Shown in pieces: positions 1 to 14,086 of a stretch of DNA of 64,000 bases (position 1 is its first letter; every line of letters starts with the position of its first letter). The translations under genes were made by a program, and so were the position numbers. The DNA is from Octopus vulgaris. Its lineage: Eukaryota. The notes under the pieces were generated by a model, which saw only the letters and a list, made by a program, of their open reading frames with translations, was not told the DNA's origin and searched no databases. The stretch covers positions 5,580,001-5,644,000 of the forward strand of contig OX597827.1 of the NCBI GenBank assembly GCA_951406725.2, in the 5' to 3' direction.

Positions 1-413
1 ATTCATATACACACATGCACAAATATATATATAGACACACACACACATGTACATACACATATGTATATATACATAGGCAGGCATATACACATATACACGT
101 ATAAATGCATATATTGTTTATATCATGTGTGTGTCTATCTGTATATATATGTGTGCATGTGCAATACACGCATACACACACATGTGCATCAGTGAATGAA
201 TGTGTATATATGAGTATATACATATATCTCTCTTTATATAAACAGTGCTTATTTACTTTTGTAACAAATTATAAACATAACTTGTGTGCACACAATAGTG
301 TCAAGCATACTCACACACAAACAATGATTGCTGCACACATGCAAACATATATACATACATATGTGAGTGTGTATATATATATATTTTTTCTGTTCTTTAA
401 TTTCTTATACATA

Positions 414-420
<7 letters not shown>

Positions 421-449
<29 letters not shown>

Positions 450-539
450 TGTATGTATGTATGTATGTATGTATGTATGTATGTATGTATGTGTGTATGT
501 GTGTGTGTGTATGTATGTATGTATGTATGTATGTATGTA

Positions 540-574
<35 letters not shown>

Positions 575-585
575 TTGTATGTATG
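421..585. repeat. (TATG)n/(TG)n microsatellite
   Basis: Direct tandem TATG/TG units; source of spurious MYVC/HTYI ORFs. Confidence 0.97.
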
Positions 586-869
586 TACACAGACACACTT
601 TCACACACAGAAACAGACTGATGGAATGGAGGAGGAGGGGTTAGAGGAGGAAAAATAGAATGGGAAAATTTCAAGATACATATGTACAGTCAATTGATCT
701 AAGTTAATCTTATGCATTAATTGGCTATTTCATTCTCCACTTGAAATTAGTTTTTTAATAAAAGCTAATTATAAATTACCCTTCAGAGTAAAATCTATTG
801 AATTCTAGATGAAAAAAAAAAAAGATGAGCAAACAACAAATAATATATCTAAAATAGCTTCAAGAACAA

Positions 870-912
<43 letters not shown>

Positions 913-1294
913 GCCTGTTACTTTTAATTCACAGAAAAAGAAACACACACACACACACACACACACATACATGATTTAAACTAGAATTTCATTGTAGTCT
1001 GCATTTTGACTTATTTTTCTATCCACATGTTATACAAAGTTTAATAACATACAAGATCTGAAATGTTAACCTCTGAAACGATTATTACTAATAATGCATA
1101 CCAAAGTTAAAGAATAAAATAACAAAAAAACATATTTAAAAACAAAAAAAAAATACAAGGCAAAGCAAAAAAAAAGGTGAAAAAAAAGCCTCAATCTTAT
1201 CTTGCCCTTCACTTCAGTATCACATGGGAATTAATGGTCAGCAGACAAAATAAAAGTTGTTCTCTTTTGCATAACTAATATAATTATTGTCGTT

Positions 1295-1331
<37 letters not shown>

Positions 1332-1339
1332 CCACTGAG

Positions 1340-1553
1340 GTGGCAAGTGGACAGAATTGTTAATGCATTGAATGAAATGCTCAGGTTTTTTTCTTTTTTC
1401 TATGTTCTGACTTTGATTTCTGCTGAGATTAGCCTTACCTCTCATCCTTTTGGGAGGGGTCAATAAAATAAGTACTAGTTGAATACTGGGAAGCAATGTA
1501 ATTGGCATACCCCCACCTCCTAAAATTGCTGGCCTTGTGCTAAAATTTGAAAC
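1340..1553 (+). mobile_element. Diverged tRNA-derived SINE, family B variant
   Basis: Degenerate match to the family B body (ttctga...tcatcctttt..gggtcaataaaataagtac) ending ggccttgtgctaaaatttgaaac as in the 6204 copy. Confidence 0.6.
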
Positions 1554-1616
1554 CACCACCATCACCACTACCCCACCGCCATTACCCTTTCCCTGCAACC
1601 ATCATTCTCTATACAC

Positions 1617-1803
1617 TTTACTCTTTTACTTGTTTCAGTCATTTGACTGCGGCCATGCTGGAGCACCGCCTTTTTTTAGTCTAGCAAATCGACCCCGGGA
1701 CTTATTCTATCAGTCTCTTTTGCCGAACTGCTAAGTGACGGGGACGTCAACACACCAGCATCGGTTGTCAAGCAATGCTAGGGGGACAAACACAGACACA
1801 CAA

Positions 1804-1852
<49 letters not shown>

Positions 1853-2017
1853 TACGACAGGCTTCTTTCAGTTTCCGTCTACCAAATCCACTCACAAGGC
1901 ATTGGTCGGCCCGGGGCTAGAGCAGAAGAGACTTGCCCAAGATGCCACACAGTGGGACTGAACCCCGAACCATGTGGCTGGTTAGCAAGCTACTTACCAC
2001 ACAGCCACTCCTGCGTC
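1617..2017 (-). mobile_element. tRNA-derived SINE family A (CORE-like domain, internal TA/TG microsatellite)
   Basis: Near-identical to copies at 36755, 39442, 50347; tRNA-like head (tggctgtgtgg...ggttcagtccc), cttgggcaagtgtcttct CORE-like segment, gagtaaaa-type tail. Confidence 0.9.
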
Positions 2018-2375
2018 TATCATCATTTATTATTATTGTTGTTGCTTTTGTTGTTGTTATTATTAGTTTTGTTTCAGGTTGGAAATGTTTAGGAAAATAT
2101 TATAAAGAGAGAGAGGAGAAAGATGAAGATAAAAGAAATATATTTTGAAAAGACCTCAGGGTTATATTTATAAACTTTTGTGAAAATAGATATCTTGGAA
2201 AGAAATAAAAATTTAGGAATTGCAAACATATTTATTCTTCATATACTTTTAAATCTATTTTTTAAATTTATTTATTTATTTATTTTTTATTACAAACAAA
2301 TTTTCAGAAATTTATCTATATGTCTGTCTGCATACATATACATGCACAAAACACACACACATGCATGCATACACA

Positions 2376-2429
<54 letters not shown>

Positions 2430-4971
2430 CACACCCCACTATCCTTTTTGGTTTTTCGTTCCTTCATTCTTTCTTCCTCTGTTTACACACACACACACAC
2501 ACACATATATATATTTGTGTGTGCATGCATATATATATATATATATATATACATCATCATCATCATCATCATCACCATATATATATACATTTGTATACAT
2601 ATACACATGTATTTATATAAATGTATGTACCTGTATATAGATATGTATGTGTGTGCGTGTGTATGTGTATATATGTGTGTGTCTGTGTGTATGTGTGTGC
2701 CTATATATATATATATATATACACCCATATGGTGTATATTGTATGTATATATATGTACTGTATATGTATATACATACACACATATATATAGTTTATTTTG
2801 TGTATTTTCTTTATTACTCTCTTTTAAGCGAGCTTTACTTTCTCAGCATCAAAATAATTAGATCCAAATTGAGGATTGATAAAAAAAATAAACACCATTC
2901 TAGAATATTGCATCTTAAAAATCCTTCAAGCACAAACAGAGTCAAAAATAAGCAGTAAATGAACAAAGTGTAAGGCAATGTAGCTTCAAATAGATATGGC
3001 ATAACAGATTGCTACAATAAGGAATGATTGACAGTTTAGAAATAAATATATAAAAACTTTTATTTATAAATTTGAATGATATTCTTTATTTTTTTCTTTG
3101 TTTGTTTGTTTCTTCATCTTCCGAGTGATCATATGATAAAGAAAATTATCAGTTATTTTTAATATCGATTTCAGTTCATGTACATCTGAATATGGTTATT
3201 TTATTTGTTGCTGCTGTTGCTGCTACTGTTTTATGAAAAGAAATGACATTAAAATCAAGATATTTTGATTGTGACATGTATCATAAATGCTATTCCATAG
3301 ATTTTATTTTGCAGGAGTTGTTATCGATCTATTATTTGCAGCTTTCCCTCTACCCTTTCAAATTTATCCACCGCACTGCTTTTGCTGATATTGTCCGCTA
3401 GTTTGTTCTGCATCACCGCCTTCAGTTTGAACGATTCTTGCAGAACACTTTTACTTGCATGGACTTGGAAAATAATCCCCTCTCCCATTTGCTCTCACGC
3501 TAATCTGGTGCCTAATCTCCTGGAAGAGGCTTGCATTGAGTCTTGAGACATTATTCAGAGTCTAACAGACTCCAATAGCAACTCCCCAGCTGCAGCAGTC
3601 AGGCAAAGATGGCAGTTGGCATATTCTGAAGTGCACAGCTCATCATGAGGTTTAGATTTGATTCCATACAGTTGAACTGCTTCCAAGGAATTTACATTTT
3701 TTGCCAGATTTTGTTACCACGCTGCTTCTGCATATTCTAAATGTGAATGTATCTAGTTTTAATACAGACCAATTGATATATCTTTCTCTTGGCTGACCAC
3801 TGCTGGACTCAACCAGCAGAGCATTTGATTGGCTTTGTTAATGGCGTAAATCCTCTTACCATTTGCCTTAGATCTCTTTCAATCAATACTATGAGGTCTT
3901 ACCCTACATCACTGTCTTCTAGTGTCTTCTAATTGATTGCATTGAACACTAAGCTACATTTATTGAAAACTGCCACCTTCTATCCTGATCAGAAACAGCA
4001 TGGTTGATTTAAATACCACTGCTCCAGTAAAAGCTGTTCTAACTTTAGGTTAGGAAAGTAAATAATAATGCCAATATATTTGCTATTTCATGTTTTCAAT
4101 ATTATTTTCCCTGCTATCTATTTACATATAGACTTACACAGATGAGTTAACATTCAAACTGGTTAACCTACTGACCTGAATATTCAGTTCAATATATTCT
4201 GAGTTATATATATATATATATTTCATTTACCATGTTTAGTAATAGAATTCTTTGAAAATTAATATAATTTTCAGGAACATAAATTGAAAGTAGAGTATAA
4301 ATTAAGTCAAAACACCAATGTTTTCATTTATGTTCTATAATTTTTTCTTCTGTGAATTTGGAGAATATTTTCAAAGGATTGAGATTTCTATTTCGTTTAA
4401 TCTAAATAGTGTGGATGAGTTTGGGCTGTAAATAGTGACAGTCAGATGAAGAACTACAAGTAGAGAGAATGTGTAGAAGTTGAGAGATGCTGGCTGCATC
4501 AGTGCTAACTCCTGAATAATACTAGCAAAGGCTCATACAGTCACTGATAGTGTGTGTGTGTGTGTATTTGATAATGGTAATAATTACCAGCATCTTTGCC
4601 ATTGTTTCAATCCCAGATTTTTCATATTGGCATTAGTTGTGCTTCAAGACTTGTCATTCAGCTTCTGTAGCCTTTTATATTATGCATTTGCTGGTGAACT
4701 AAGATAGGGTAAAATACAAAAACCAAGATAAATGGTGGTGGTCACCGTTGGCAACAATTTGTCAAAAGCAGAATTTAGTAAATACAAGTGGTTTCAGGGA
4801 TGAAGAAGAACACACTGTTTTGGACCCTTGTTGTCCTTCATATGAAATTGCAGAAGCTTTAACAGGGTTCTTGAGGCACAATACATTTAGAATAATAGAG
4901 AATTATAGATAACTTTTGTAGAGCAGAAAAATGGCATGGTTTTCATATACATTATAGTAATTCTCTCTCTT

Positions 4972-5003
<32 letters not shown>

Positions 5004-5007
<4 letters not shown>

Positions 5008-5227
5008 TCTTTATTGCCCACAAGGGGCTAAACACAGAGGGTACAAACAAGGACAGACAAAGGGATTAAGTCGATTACATCGACTCCAGTGTGAAACTGG
5101 TACTTTTATTTATCGACCCCGAAAGGATGAAAGGCAAAGTCGACCTCGGTGGAATTTGAACTCAGAACGTAGCGACAGACGAAATACCGCTAAGCATTTC
5201 GCCCGGCGTGCTAACGTGTCTGCCAGC
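5004..5227 (-). mobile_element. SINE family B (~230 bp)
   Basis: High identity to copies at 7561, 11861, 18606, 24084, 58743; B-box-like gagttcaaattcc on minus strand. Confidence 0.9.
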
Positions 5228-5272
5228 ACACGCACATACACACACACACACACACGCACATACACACACACA

Positions 5273-5319
<47 letters not shown>

Positions 5320-5326
5320 ACACATT

Positions 5327-5400
<74 letters not shown>

Positions 5401-6203
5401 ATCCTCATGGGTATATAGAAACCATGGTGTTTTTCTGTTCTGCAGAAGTTGTATAATGCAGATAAATTGAATTACTCTGTCTCTTTCTCATGACTCTAAT
5501 TTGACAGAGGTATTTCTCTTCAGTAAAAATTAAGTAATAAGATTCTTACTTCTGAGCTTTTCACTTTTTAGAACAAAATATAGCTCCACTTAAAAAAAAA
5601 AAAATTCTGTTTATTTTTATTTATTTCTTCCCATGAAATCAATCAATCAATCAATCAATGATCAATAATATCAGCCATTACTTTTCCATTGCTGAGTTGT
5701 ATTTTGTATTTCTTAATAAGTTTTAGTTCTTGAATTTTCAATATCCAATTTTGTCAAATCTATCCATCCTGCAATTTTGTTCAATGTCAACCTTGCTTTC
5801 TGTTATAGTCTCTTGGAATCCAATCTGTTAGCTTTCATTTGCATATACCATCAAACATCCATTTCAGTGCTTTTTATAAAGTCCAGAATGTCGTTTAGTT
5901 TTGATTTCTTTTCTTGAATCCATTTAATTCTTTTCATTGTTCTTCCATAAAAAAACCCACTCTACTTCTCAATATTTATAATTCTTTATAGGCCGATTAT
6001 GAAGGCAGCAAGTTAGCAAAGTTCTTAGAATGTTGGATAAAAGGCTTTGTGGAATTTTACCAACTCTGAGTTTAAATCCTGCTGAAGTCAGCTTTGCTCT
6101 TGATTCTTTGAGGCTGGTAAAAATGTACCAATTCAGGACAGTGGGGTGATAGAAGCATAAGAGAGGTGGCTCAGATGCCTTGCAGTATCTGTTTCAATTC
6201 TAG

Positions 6204-6414
6204 GGCAGCAAGCTGGCAGAACCATTAGCACACCTGGCAAAATGCTTAGTGGGATTTCATCCATCTTTAGATTCTGAGTTCAAAGTCTACTGTGGTCGAC
6301 TTTGCCTTTCATTCTTTCAAGGTCGATAAAATAAGTGCCAGTCGAACACTGGGATCGATGCAATTGACTTACCCACTTTGCTGAACTTACTGGCCTTGTG
6401 CCAAAATTTGAAAC
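6204..6414 (+). mobile_element. SINE family B variant
   Basis: ggcagcaagctggcaga...gagttcaaa...gtcgactttgcctttcat...aagtgccagt. Confidence 0.8.
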
Positions 6415-6511
6415 TAATATCTGTTTCAGTTCTTTGTATTCTGCAATGACACTAATACCAAACAATATCCATCGAATTTAGAAGCCTTTCCATTGGATAG
6501 ACAACAGTGTC

Positions 6512-6554
<43 letters not shown>

Positions 6555-7109
6555 ACTTACATGCATGAACAACAGATAGTCTTCCTCAGAAATAAATCAT
6601 ATATAGGCCTGCACATACATGTACAAATATATGAACAATATTCACTGATGGGATTCTATGCAAATTAATCAAACATTTCTGTAGATACTATTTACTGTGA
6701 CCAATAGAGAGTAGCAAAATGAGAAACCAATGGAAACAGTTACCTTGGTTTGATAAGAAGATCAACTTCCTTGCAATGATGACATGACAAGGAACATCAT
6801 TTTCAAATACTCTGAGAAAGGAAGAGTCTTGCTACAATTCATTCATACTATTGCTTTTTTTTTATATGAATTCCATATGCATTGAATGTTAAATTTCTGA
6901 ACCACATTTACTCTGAGTAGATATTTTATAAATATGTTTAGAATTTATTCCTACACCTTTCTTTATTGGCCTACATCATATAGTTACATTTCAATTGTTT
7001 GATTTTATTAAAATAATTTACTTTAATAGCTGAAAGAATATAATTTAATGCTGTATATATATGAAAGAGCATCCACACCATAGATCAAAAGAAGGTATTA
7101 AATTGATGA

Positions 7110-7328
7110 AGTAACCTCTTATGGGCTGCTCGATTTGCTAGAAGCAGCAGCTAAATTCTTTAAAACCACACTATTACCTCAAAGAAGCAACGTTAACCAC
7201 ATTGCATTATATAGTCTTAGAACACTTTGTCTGGTCATAAAATTGGTCAGAATGGCAATGGCTAGATCACTTCAAGCATAGGTCTACTTGATGGGAGCTG
7301 ACCAGGGGATAAACAACTATAACAGCAA
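7110..7328 (+). repeat. Old interspersed repeat (probable LINE/SINE 3' end)
   Basis: gatttgctagaagcagcagctaaat...cataggtct...gctgacc...taaacaac also seen at ~54120-54325, 56570, 60890, 61100. Confidence 0.6.
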
Positions 7329-7560
7329 CAATGAGAGAAAGTCCCTGGCAAACATCTATTATACTGGCTGAGTTCTTACTCGCACCATTTCATTTTGATT
7401 CACTTGATTCTTTGATTCTTTGTACCTTCAAAATCTAACTAGATTCAATATCAGGAAGAGGAAGGATCTTTCCCAGACTCGTTTGACCTTGAAATTCTAT
7501 GCCAAGATGAAGACAAAAGCAATACCTTCAGCTGTGACTCAGTATCATATTATGCAATCT

Positions 7561-7791
7561 TATTTCTTTATTGCTCACAAGGGGCTAAACACAGAGGGGA
7601 CAAACAAGAACAGACAAAGGGATTAAGTCGATTACATCGACCCCAGTGCATAACTGGTACTTAATTTATCAACCCCGAAAGGATGAAAGGCAAAGTCGAC
7701 CTCGGCGGAATTTGAACTCAGAACGCAGTGGCGGATGAAATACCACAAAGCATTTCACCCGGCGTGCTAACGTTTCTGCCAGCAAGCCGCC
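7561..7791 (-). mobile_element. SINE family B, full length
   Basis: Full body; flanked by imperfect direct repeat tcatattat..aatct (probable TSD). Confidence 0.9.
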
Positions 7792-8994
7792 TATTCATAT
7801 TATAGAATCTATCATATTATCATATTATACAATCTATTTGGTTCTTTTATTTACATTTTATTCATTTCAGTCATTGGACTGTGGCCATACTTGGGCACCA
7901 CCTTAAAAGGTTTAGTCAAATTAACCCCAGTACTTATTTTAAATCTGGTGCTTATTCAAGTGGTCTCCTTTTGCCAAATTGCAAAGTTACAGGGATGTAA
8001 ACAAACCAAAGCAGGTAAGCTTAAGTACAATGATGTGTAGCATGTCAGATATGCCTATGCCTCTGCACATCTTTGTAGCATTGCCTTCCCTCCACTCATG
8101 TTCATCTCTCATTACATTCTCCTTAACTCTAGTTCCCACTCTCCTTTCACACTCTCATAAGCTTACCTTCACTCAGTCTGTGCCAGATGAATCTTGTCCT
8201 TCCCCTTTCCCTTCTTTACAGCATATCTTCATAACACCCCCTCTCACCACCTGCATTCATTCACTGCATTCCTCTCCTCTCCATTTTCCACTCATGAAAT
8301 TAACTGCCTGTTTACTCTATCCAATCCTCTGCACCACTTCATTTCTATACATCTCCCTCTAACTTGAATGTATGCCCTGACACATCTTCACAACTTGCAA
8401 AGTAAACACATCACACAGACCTCATGAAGGCCTTTCACCACACAGCCTCATGAAGGTCACTGCTAGCTCTCTCTCACTATGCATGCAGTCATATGCTGCC
8501 ATCTGTTGGTATGTTACAAAACTAGTCTGGGAACTTTCTGATTCCACCTTGTAGACATTCTGAAGACTGCATTCCAACATAATCACCTGAATGACTGACA
8601 TGAAATTACTCACCAAAACATAATAACCTCCATCCTATCTGTCTTTGAGTAAAACTCAGTCCTCCATCTACATATAGGAAGGTTAGTGAATAAGAACTGA
8701 CTTGGATGATGATGACCTTCTGCCTTGATGACCCATGTTAGCATAGAAACTGGAAGTAAAAGGATGGTGATGATAATTACAGTAGTGGTAGTGGTGATAA
8801 CGAATACAAGCGTTTCGGCTTCTCAGAGATGCCTCATCTTGTGCCACCTCAATTCAGGTGATGGTTTGACCCTTTCAAATATAGACCTCCCCACCACCAC
8901 TAATAACCACCATTACTGACTTACCCTCTCTAAAATGTCGTCCTTCTAAAATTCTGTCATTGCCTATATTTTTTTTAATATATTTATTTATTTA

Positions 8995-9506
8995 CTGTAA
9001 ATCCTCGAGTATAATCCGCAATTTTTTCCCAAAATTTAAAGGTCAAAATCCCTAGTGCGTACTATATACGAGGTTAAAAATTAAAAATATTTTCTAAGCA
9101 ATGTCCGAGTCTCTGTTTGCTGTCCAGCAATCTTTATTCAGACACATTTTGTGATGTCGGGTGTGAAAATACCTTAAGCTAAGCCTGAAAGCAATGAAGT
9201 CATAAAAGAATCATCCATAACTTGCAGTAAGCAACATTTATTAAACGTTATTACTGTTATTTCTTTATTTTCTGCAAACAAAATACACAAAAAAGCTACA
9301 TGTTTGCATTATGTTATATGTACAATAATAATATAGGATGTTATCGTATACATTTTTACGAACCAAGGACATTATATAGACCTCCTTGACTCAAGTTAGA
9401 GAAGGGGTGCATATTATACAAAAGGTTTAGGTTTTTCAGAGGTACAGGCCCCTAAAAATCCCCTGCATATTATATTCAAGGGCGGACTATACTCAAGGAT
9501 TTACGG
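8995..9506. mobile_element. Tc1/mariner-superfamily (pogo/Tc2-like) MITE
   Basis: ~25-bp TIRs ctgtaaatcctcgagtataatccgc / gcggactatactcaaggatttacgg, TA on both flanks, subterminal repeats, no ORF. Confidence 0.88.
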
Positions 9507-9633
9507 TACTAATATTTGTTTATTTTTCCTGAAGTCAACAGACTTGCAGTTATTCAAGAACATATCCCACATGAGTCTCATCTGTTTTTAAAAAAATAAC
9601 CTTTCCCTAAGACAAAACTACTCAAAAAGTATC

Positions 9634-9789
9634 GGGGCAGGCATGGGTGTGTAGTAAGAAATTTGCTTCCGAACCACATGATTCCATGTTCAGTCCCCCT
9701 GCATGGCACTAGGGTAAGAATCTTCTACTATAACTCTGGGCTGACCAAAACCTTGGGAGTGAACTTGGTAGTTGGGATCTGAAAGGAGC

Positions 9790-9840
<51 letters not shown>

Positions 9841-10095
9841 AATGTGTGTGCATATTGATGTGTCTTTGCTTTTGTGTTTGTGTTTCTATCCCACCACGGC
9901 CTAACAACTGGTGTTGGTGTGTTTACATCCCATAGCTTGGCAGTTCAGCAAAAGAGGCCGATAAGATAAGTGTCAGACTTTACAAAATAAAAAAAAAAAG
10001 TTAGTGCCCCAGCATGGCCACAGCTCGTGACCTGAAACTAGATGAAATGAAAGGAAATGTACCAGGGTCGATTTGTTCAACTAAAAAACCTTCCA
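9634..10095 (+). mobile_element. Diverged SINE family A
   Basis: Head, internal (TG)n and 3' segment recognisable; 3' part rearranged. Confidence 0.75.
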
Positions 10096-10104
10096 ATTTA
10101 ACCT

Positions 10105-10490
10105 TTGGTTGGCATCCTTTTTGTCTCGGGAGACAATGGAGTTGTGCATAAAGTAGTCTAGTCCGGCTTTTACATTTATATGTCCTGATACATTTCCTGC
10201 TGTGGCTGTGTAGTCCTATCCTGGACAAACACTCCCTCTGGCAGGTACCGCAAATATAGCGAAGACTGTTCCTGGCTGGTTGTAATGCCATAGTTTCTTG
10301 TTGACGTCTTTTCTTGTCTTTCCATTTCTCCTCTCTCTCTCTGTCACTCCTTTGTATTCCCTCTCTTACGGCATGTCGCCAGTCACCACGGTTGCCGGCA
10401 ACTGCCTCCCAATCACTAATATTGATGTTGCAGGCCTTCATGTCCCTTTTGCAAACATCCTTGAACGTAAGAGCGGTCTATTGCGCAGGA
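10105..10490 (-). mobile_element. 5'-truncated RTE-clade LINE 3' end (C-terminus of ORF + 3' UTR)
   Basis: ORF 10001-10441(-): FKDVCKRDMKACNI...WEAVAGNRGDWR...YICGTCQRECLSRIGLHSHSRKC (C-terminal CCHC-type finger typical of RTE LINEs), followed by attgtctcccgagacaaaaaggatgcc UTR. Confidence 0.85.
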
Positions 10491-11161
10491 ACTGAGTACT
10501 TTGTCCTGTGCATATGCACTTGTGATGGGGTAGCTGAGATGACCAATTTTTGATAATGTGGTACTTTCCGAAATTTTCTGCATTTCATACGATGTAGAGT
10601 GCTCATTTTATTTTTACTTGCCAACAGAAAGAAGTCGGGAGAATTGATTTGTGTAGCATTAACATGCTACATCAGCGGTAAAAATCTAATCAGTGCAGTG
10701 AAGGTTAATTTAAAGTAAGAAGCTTTTGTTGTGCCATGTTCCAAACATTGGAAATAAAAAGGAAAAACTTTGTTCTTTTACTAAATCCTATCAGCTCCTT
10801 AATTATTTTCAAAATGAATTGGAAACTGTAAGCTATAGAGTGAGGAAAAGAATAACTAAGTCCCTGGCTTGATTTCAATAAATTTTCTGGAACAACTTTA
10901 GTCAGGAAAGGCATGAACATCACTCTGGCTCAATTTCAAACAATATTCCAAAATAATTTCGTTCAGGAATGGTATGAACATCACACTTTTACACCTTATA
11001 TTTGCATTTACTTCTACCTGTATATTTCTCTGAGACTTCATGTCAATGTATTATTTATTTATAATCATGCATACCTTAAATTCAACCCTTTCAGAGCTGT
11101 CTGCCGTTAACATGCTATCTTCTTCAGCTCCTTCCTCTCTCTCTCTCTCTCTCTCTCATTT

Positions 11162-11216
<55 letters not shown>

Positions 11217-11860
11217 TCTTGTTATTGTGCTCATCCCTAATGACTATTGATTTATTCTCCAATTTTTTTTTTTTTTTTTTTTTTGCAAACATCTGGGTGT
11301 TAAATATTTTATTCTTGCATGATGGTCATTAGCAATAATTGTTGTGGCTGAATGGTCAAAGTGATTGCCTCTTCCAACTAACTTAACCATGCTATCACAT
11401 TTGTGAACTAGAAAATTGGTTTTGCTGTCATTAATCATATTCTATTTCAATTCTTCATCATTGCTTTCTGTACACCTCTTAGCATATTTTGTAATTTAGC
11501 GAGCTACTGGAACGCCAGTGAAAAACTTCCTCTTCATGAAGTGTACCTTGAGAAAATTATTCTGGACAGACTAACCCTCTCCATACTAAAAGAGCACGAT
11601 GATTTATGTACATCTGTTTTCCTACTTATGCAATGCCACACTTGTTTAAAGTAATAAATTGCACAGCTTACATGGTTTTAAAACTGGAACTGGAAGCACT
11701 AAGAGGAATATCTGGTGATGGACATGGCACAACACTTAAAATAAATTGTTACACAATTTGTAAGCTTTTATTAGTGTTGTACTAATAATGTATCATCATT
11801 ATCAATGCCACTGACACCACCACAACCACCACCACTATCATCACCATAAATATCACTACC

Positions 11861-12080
11861 TATTTCTTTATTACCCACAAGGGGCTAAACACAGAGGGGA
11901 CAAACAAGGACAGACATAGGTATTAAGTCGATTACATCGACCCCAGTGCATAACTGGTACTCAATTTATCGACCCTGAAAGGATGAAAGGCAAAGTCGAC
12001 CTCGGCTGAATTTGAACTCACAACGTAACGGCAGACGAAATACCGCTAAGCATTTCGCCCAGAGTGCTAACGTTTCTGCC
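11861..12080 (-). mobile_element. SINE family B
   Basis: High identity to other family B copies. Confidence 0.9.
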
Positions 12081-12359
12081 ACCCTCAACCACCAAACAGC
12101 CACTGTTGCCACCACCACATTTACCACCACTGTTGCTGCTGCCATATATATGTGTGTGTGTGTGTGCATGTGGGTGTATATAATTATACATATATATATA
12201 TGCACACACACATGTATATATATCATTATGTTAATCATAATTTGATATCCATTGTCCATGCTGTCATGGGTTGAATGGTTTGATCATGGCTGGTAAGCTG
12301 GAAGGCTGCACCAGACTCCTGTCTGATTTGGCATGGTTTTCTACAGTTGGATGCCCAGT

Positions 12360-12515
12360 AATCACAGAATTACTTATTTTTGCTAACTGAGTGAACTGAA
12401 GCAATGCGAAACGAAGTGTTTTGTTCAAGAACACAATTTGTTACCAAATCCAGGAATTGAAACCACAATCTTAGGATCATGAGCCCAGCACACTAACCAC
12501 TAAGCCATGTGCCTC
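12360..12515 (-). mobile_element. tRNA-derived SINE family D (diverged)
   Basis: Minus strand tggcttagtggttag (A box)...gtttcaattcctgg (B box)...tgtgttcttgaacaaaacactt; relatives at 25110, 46485, 51292. Confidence 0.7.
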
Positions 12516-13471
12516 CAAGATGAAATAAAGTACCAGTTAAGTACCAGGGCCAATGTAATTGAAAGGCTCTCTCTCTCCTCAGAATTGCTAGCATTGAATG
12601 CCGCAGTGAACTGGTATTCCATTCTGGGGAAATGTGATATTGGTAATTTTGATGTCATGAAAACTGTGTAACCAGCCTTATGTCTCCTGTGGCTCAAGAA
12701 AAATAAAGTAACAAATAAAATTTTCTACATGAAGACACTGTATGAATATTTCATGGTAGTCAGTAGCAACAAAGGGGTTAATCTATTCCAATACAACATA
12801 GCTACAGGCTGCCCTGTGGCAAGGCATAGCACCCATTTAACTGCCCTGCCAGCGATACCATGTGGTCATGAAACGGCAGCACGATGGGTTATGAAGAGGT
12901 CGTGGAAGAGCTCAACTGAGCCAACAGTGCTTCTTATATTGCTGCTGCTGAGCTGAGGAATCCAAGACCAATGGTCAGGATCACCAAGCTCTATCAAGAG
13001 AGTAACTGCAATACATCCATAGTGGTGGCGTCCATGGTTGTGTAATCAGCTAATGAAAGATTCATTATGACCAAAGATGCTAATTCAAATTCATAATATT
13101 GGAATTGGATTGTGACAGAAAGTCATGGGAATCTACTGAAACAGTGAGAAAAGTAGAAAATTGACAGTACCCTTTGAGTTCCTGAGAGTCTTTTGGGTCT
13201 TTAGAATGTTAGATTAGATTACCCCATAATATATATATATAAGGATTTAAGGATTTAAGATACTCAACACTCAGAGTTCAAATCCCTCCGAGGTCAACTT
13301 TTCCATTTTAGAGGTCAATAAAAAGTTACAATCCAAGGCAGTGAACTGGAAGATTAGTAAAAAGCTTCTGAAATATGCCTTGCAGTTACTTGCTCTCAGT
13401 TCAAATCCTGTCATAGTTGTAGACGATTTTGGGGGGTCTAGTACCACCTTCTGGCTCCTTGGATTCCTTAA

Positions 13472-14086
13472 CCCTTCATGGCCCGGCAGGGTCCCTTGGG
13501 ACCCTAGCAAATTTTAAAAGTTATACACTTTTTATTTAAATGATTTTATATCTCATGACTTTTATTGTCAATACTTTATGTATGCACAAACAAATTTTGA
13601 GTTAAACATTTCCAGCCATGTGGATGTTATAGCATAAAATATGGTCATTAGGGTCCAACTGGACCCCATTGGCCTTCTGTGAAATTATATTTTTCAGTTC
13701 TTTTTGCAGATATTCTGATGAACTAGAAGTCAATTTTCTTCATATTTGTACTGGTATGAATTGAGATACTAAATAATTTTGTTTTATTTTATATTTAGTG
13801 TTATATGTATTGCTTATAAAACTATAAAAAAAATGTTGATCTCTTTCAATAAAAATTTTTTCAGTCAATAAATTATATTTTAATTCCCCTCTGTTAAATG
13901 CAAATAATTACAAATATATGCCTCTAAAGGGCTAAATTTCTTGTTCTCTATCATGCACTCACACATATATACAAGATTAAACAAATATTTCTTTATGGAT
14001 AGTGTGGAAATGCACAAAAATAAAAGAAGGTCCTCAGGACCCCAATGGCCTTTTGTCTAATTTCAACCCTGCCGGCCCATGATGGG
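13472..14086. mobile_element. piggyBac-type non-autonomous element (MITE)
   Basis: TTAA at 13468-13471, TIR cccttcatggcccggcagggt / accctgccggcccatgatggg, degenerate TTCA at right flank; internal ggtcc..ggacccc repeats. Confidence 0.85.

Noticed and set aside
105-674. Long ORFs rich in [12 protein letters not shown] (here and throughout)
   Set aside because: Translations of stop-free microsatellites; no coding signal
1735-2148. Recurrent ORFs with [16 protein letters not shown] / EPRTMWLVSKLLTTQP
   Set aside because: Antisense translations of SINE family A, not a protein family
10870-10990. Two-unit ~61-bp degenerate tandem repeat
   Set aside because: Ordinary local duplication; the overlapping ORFs have no recognisable motif
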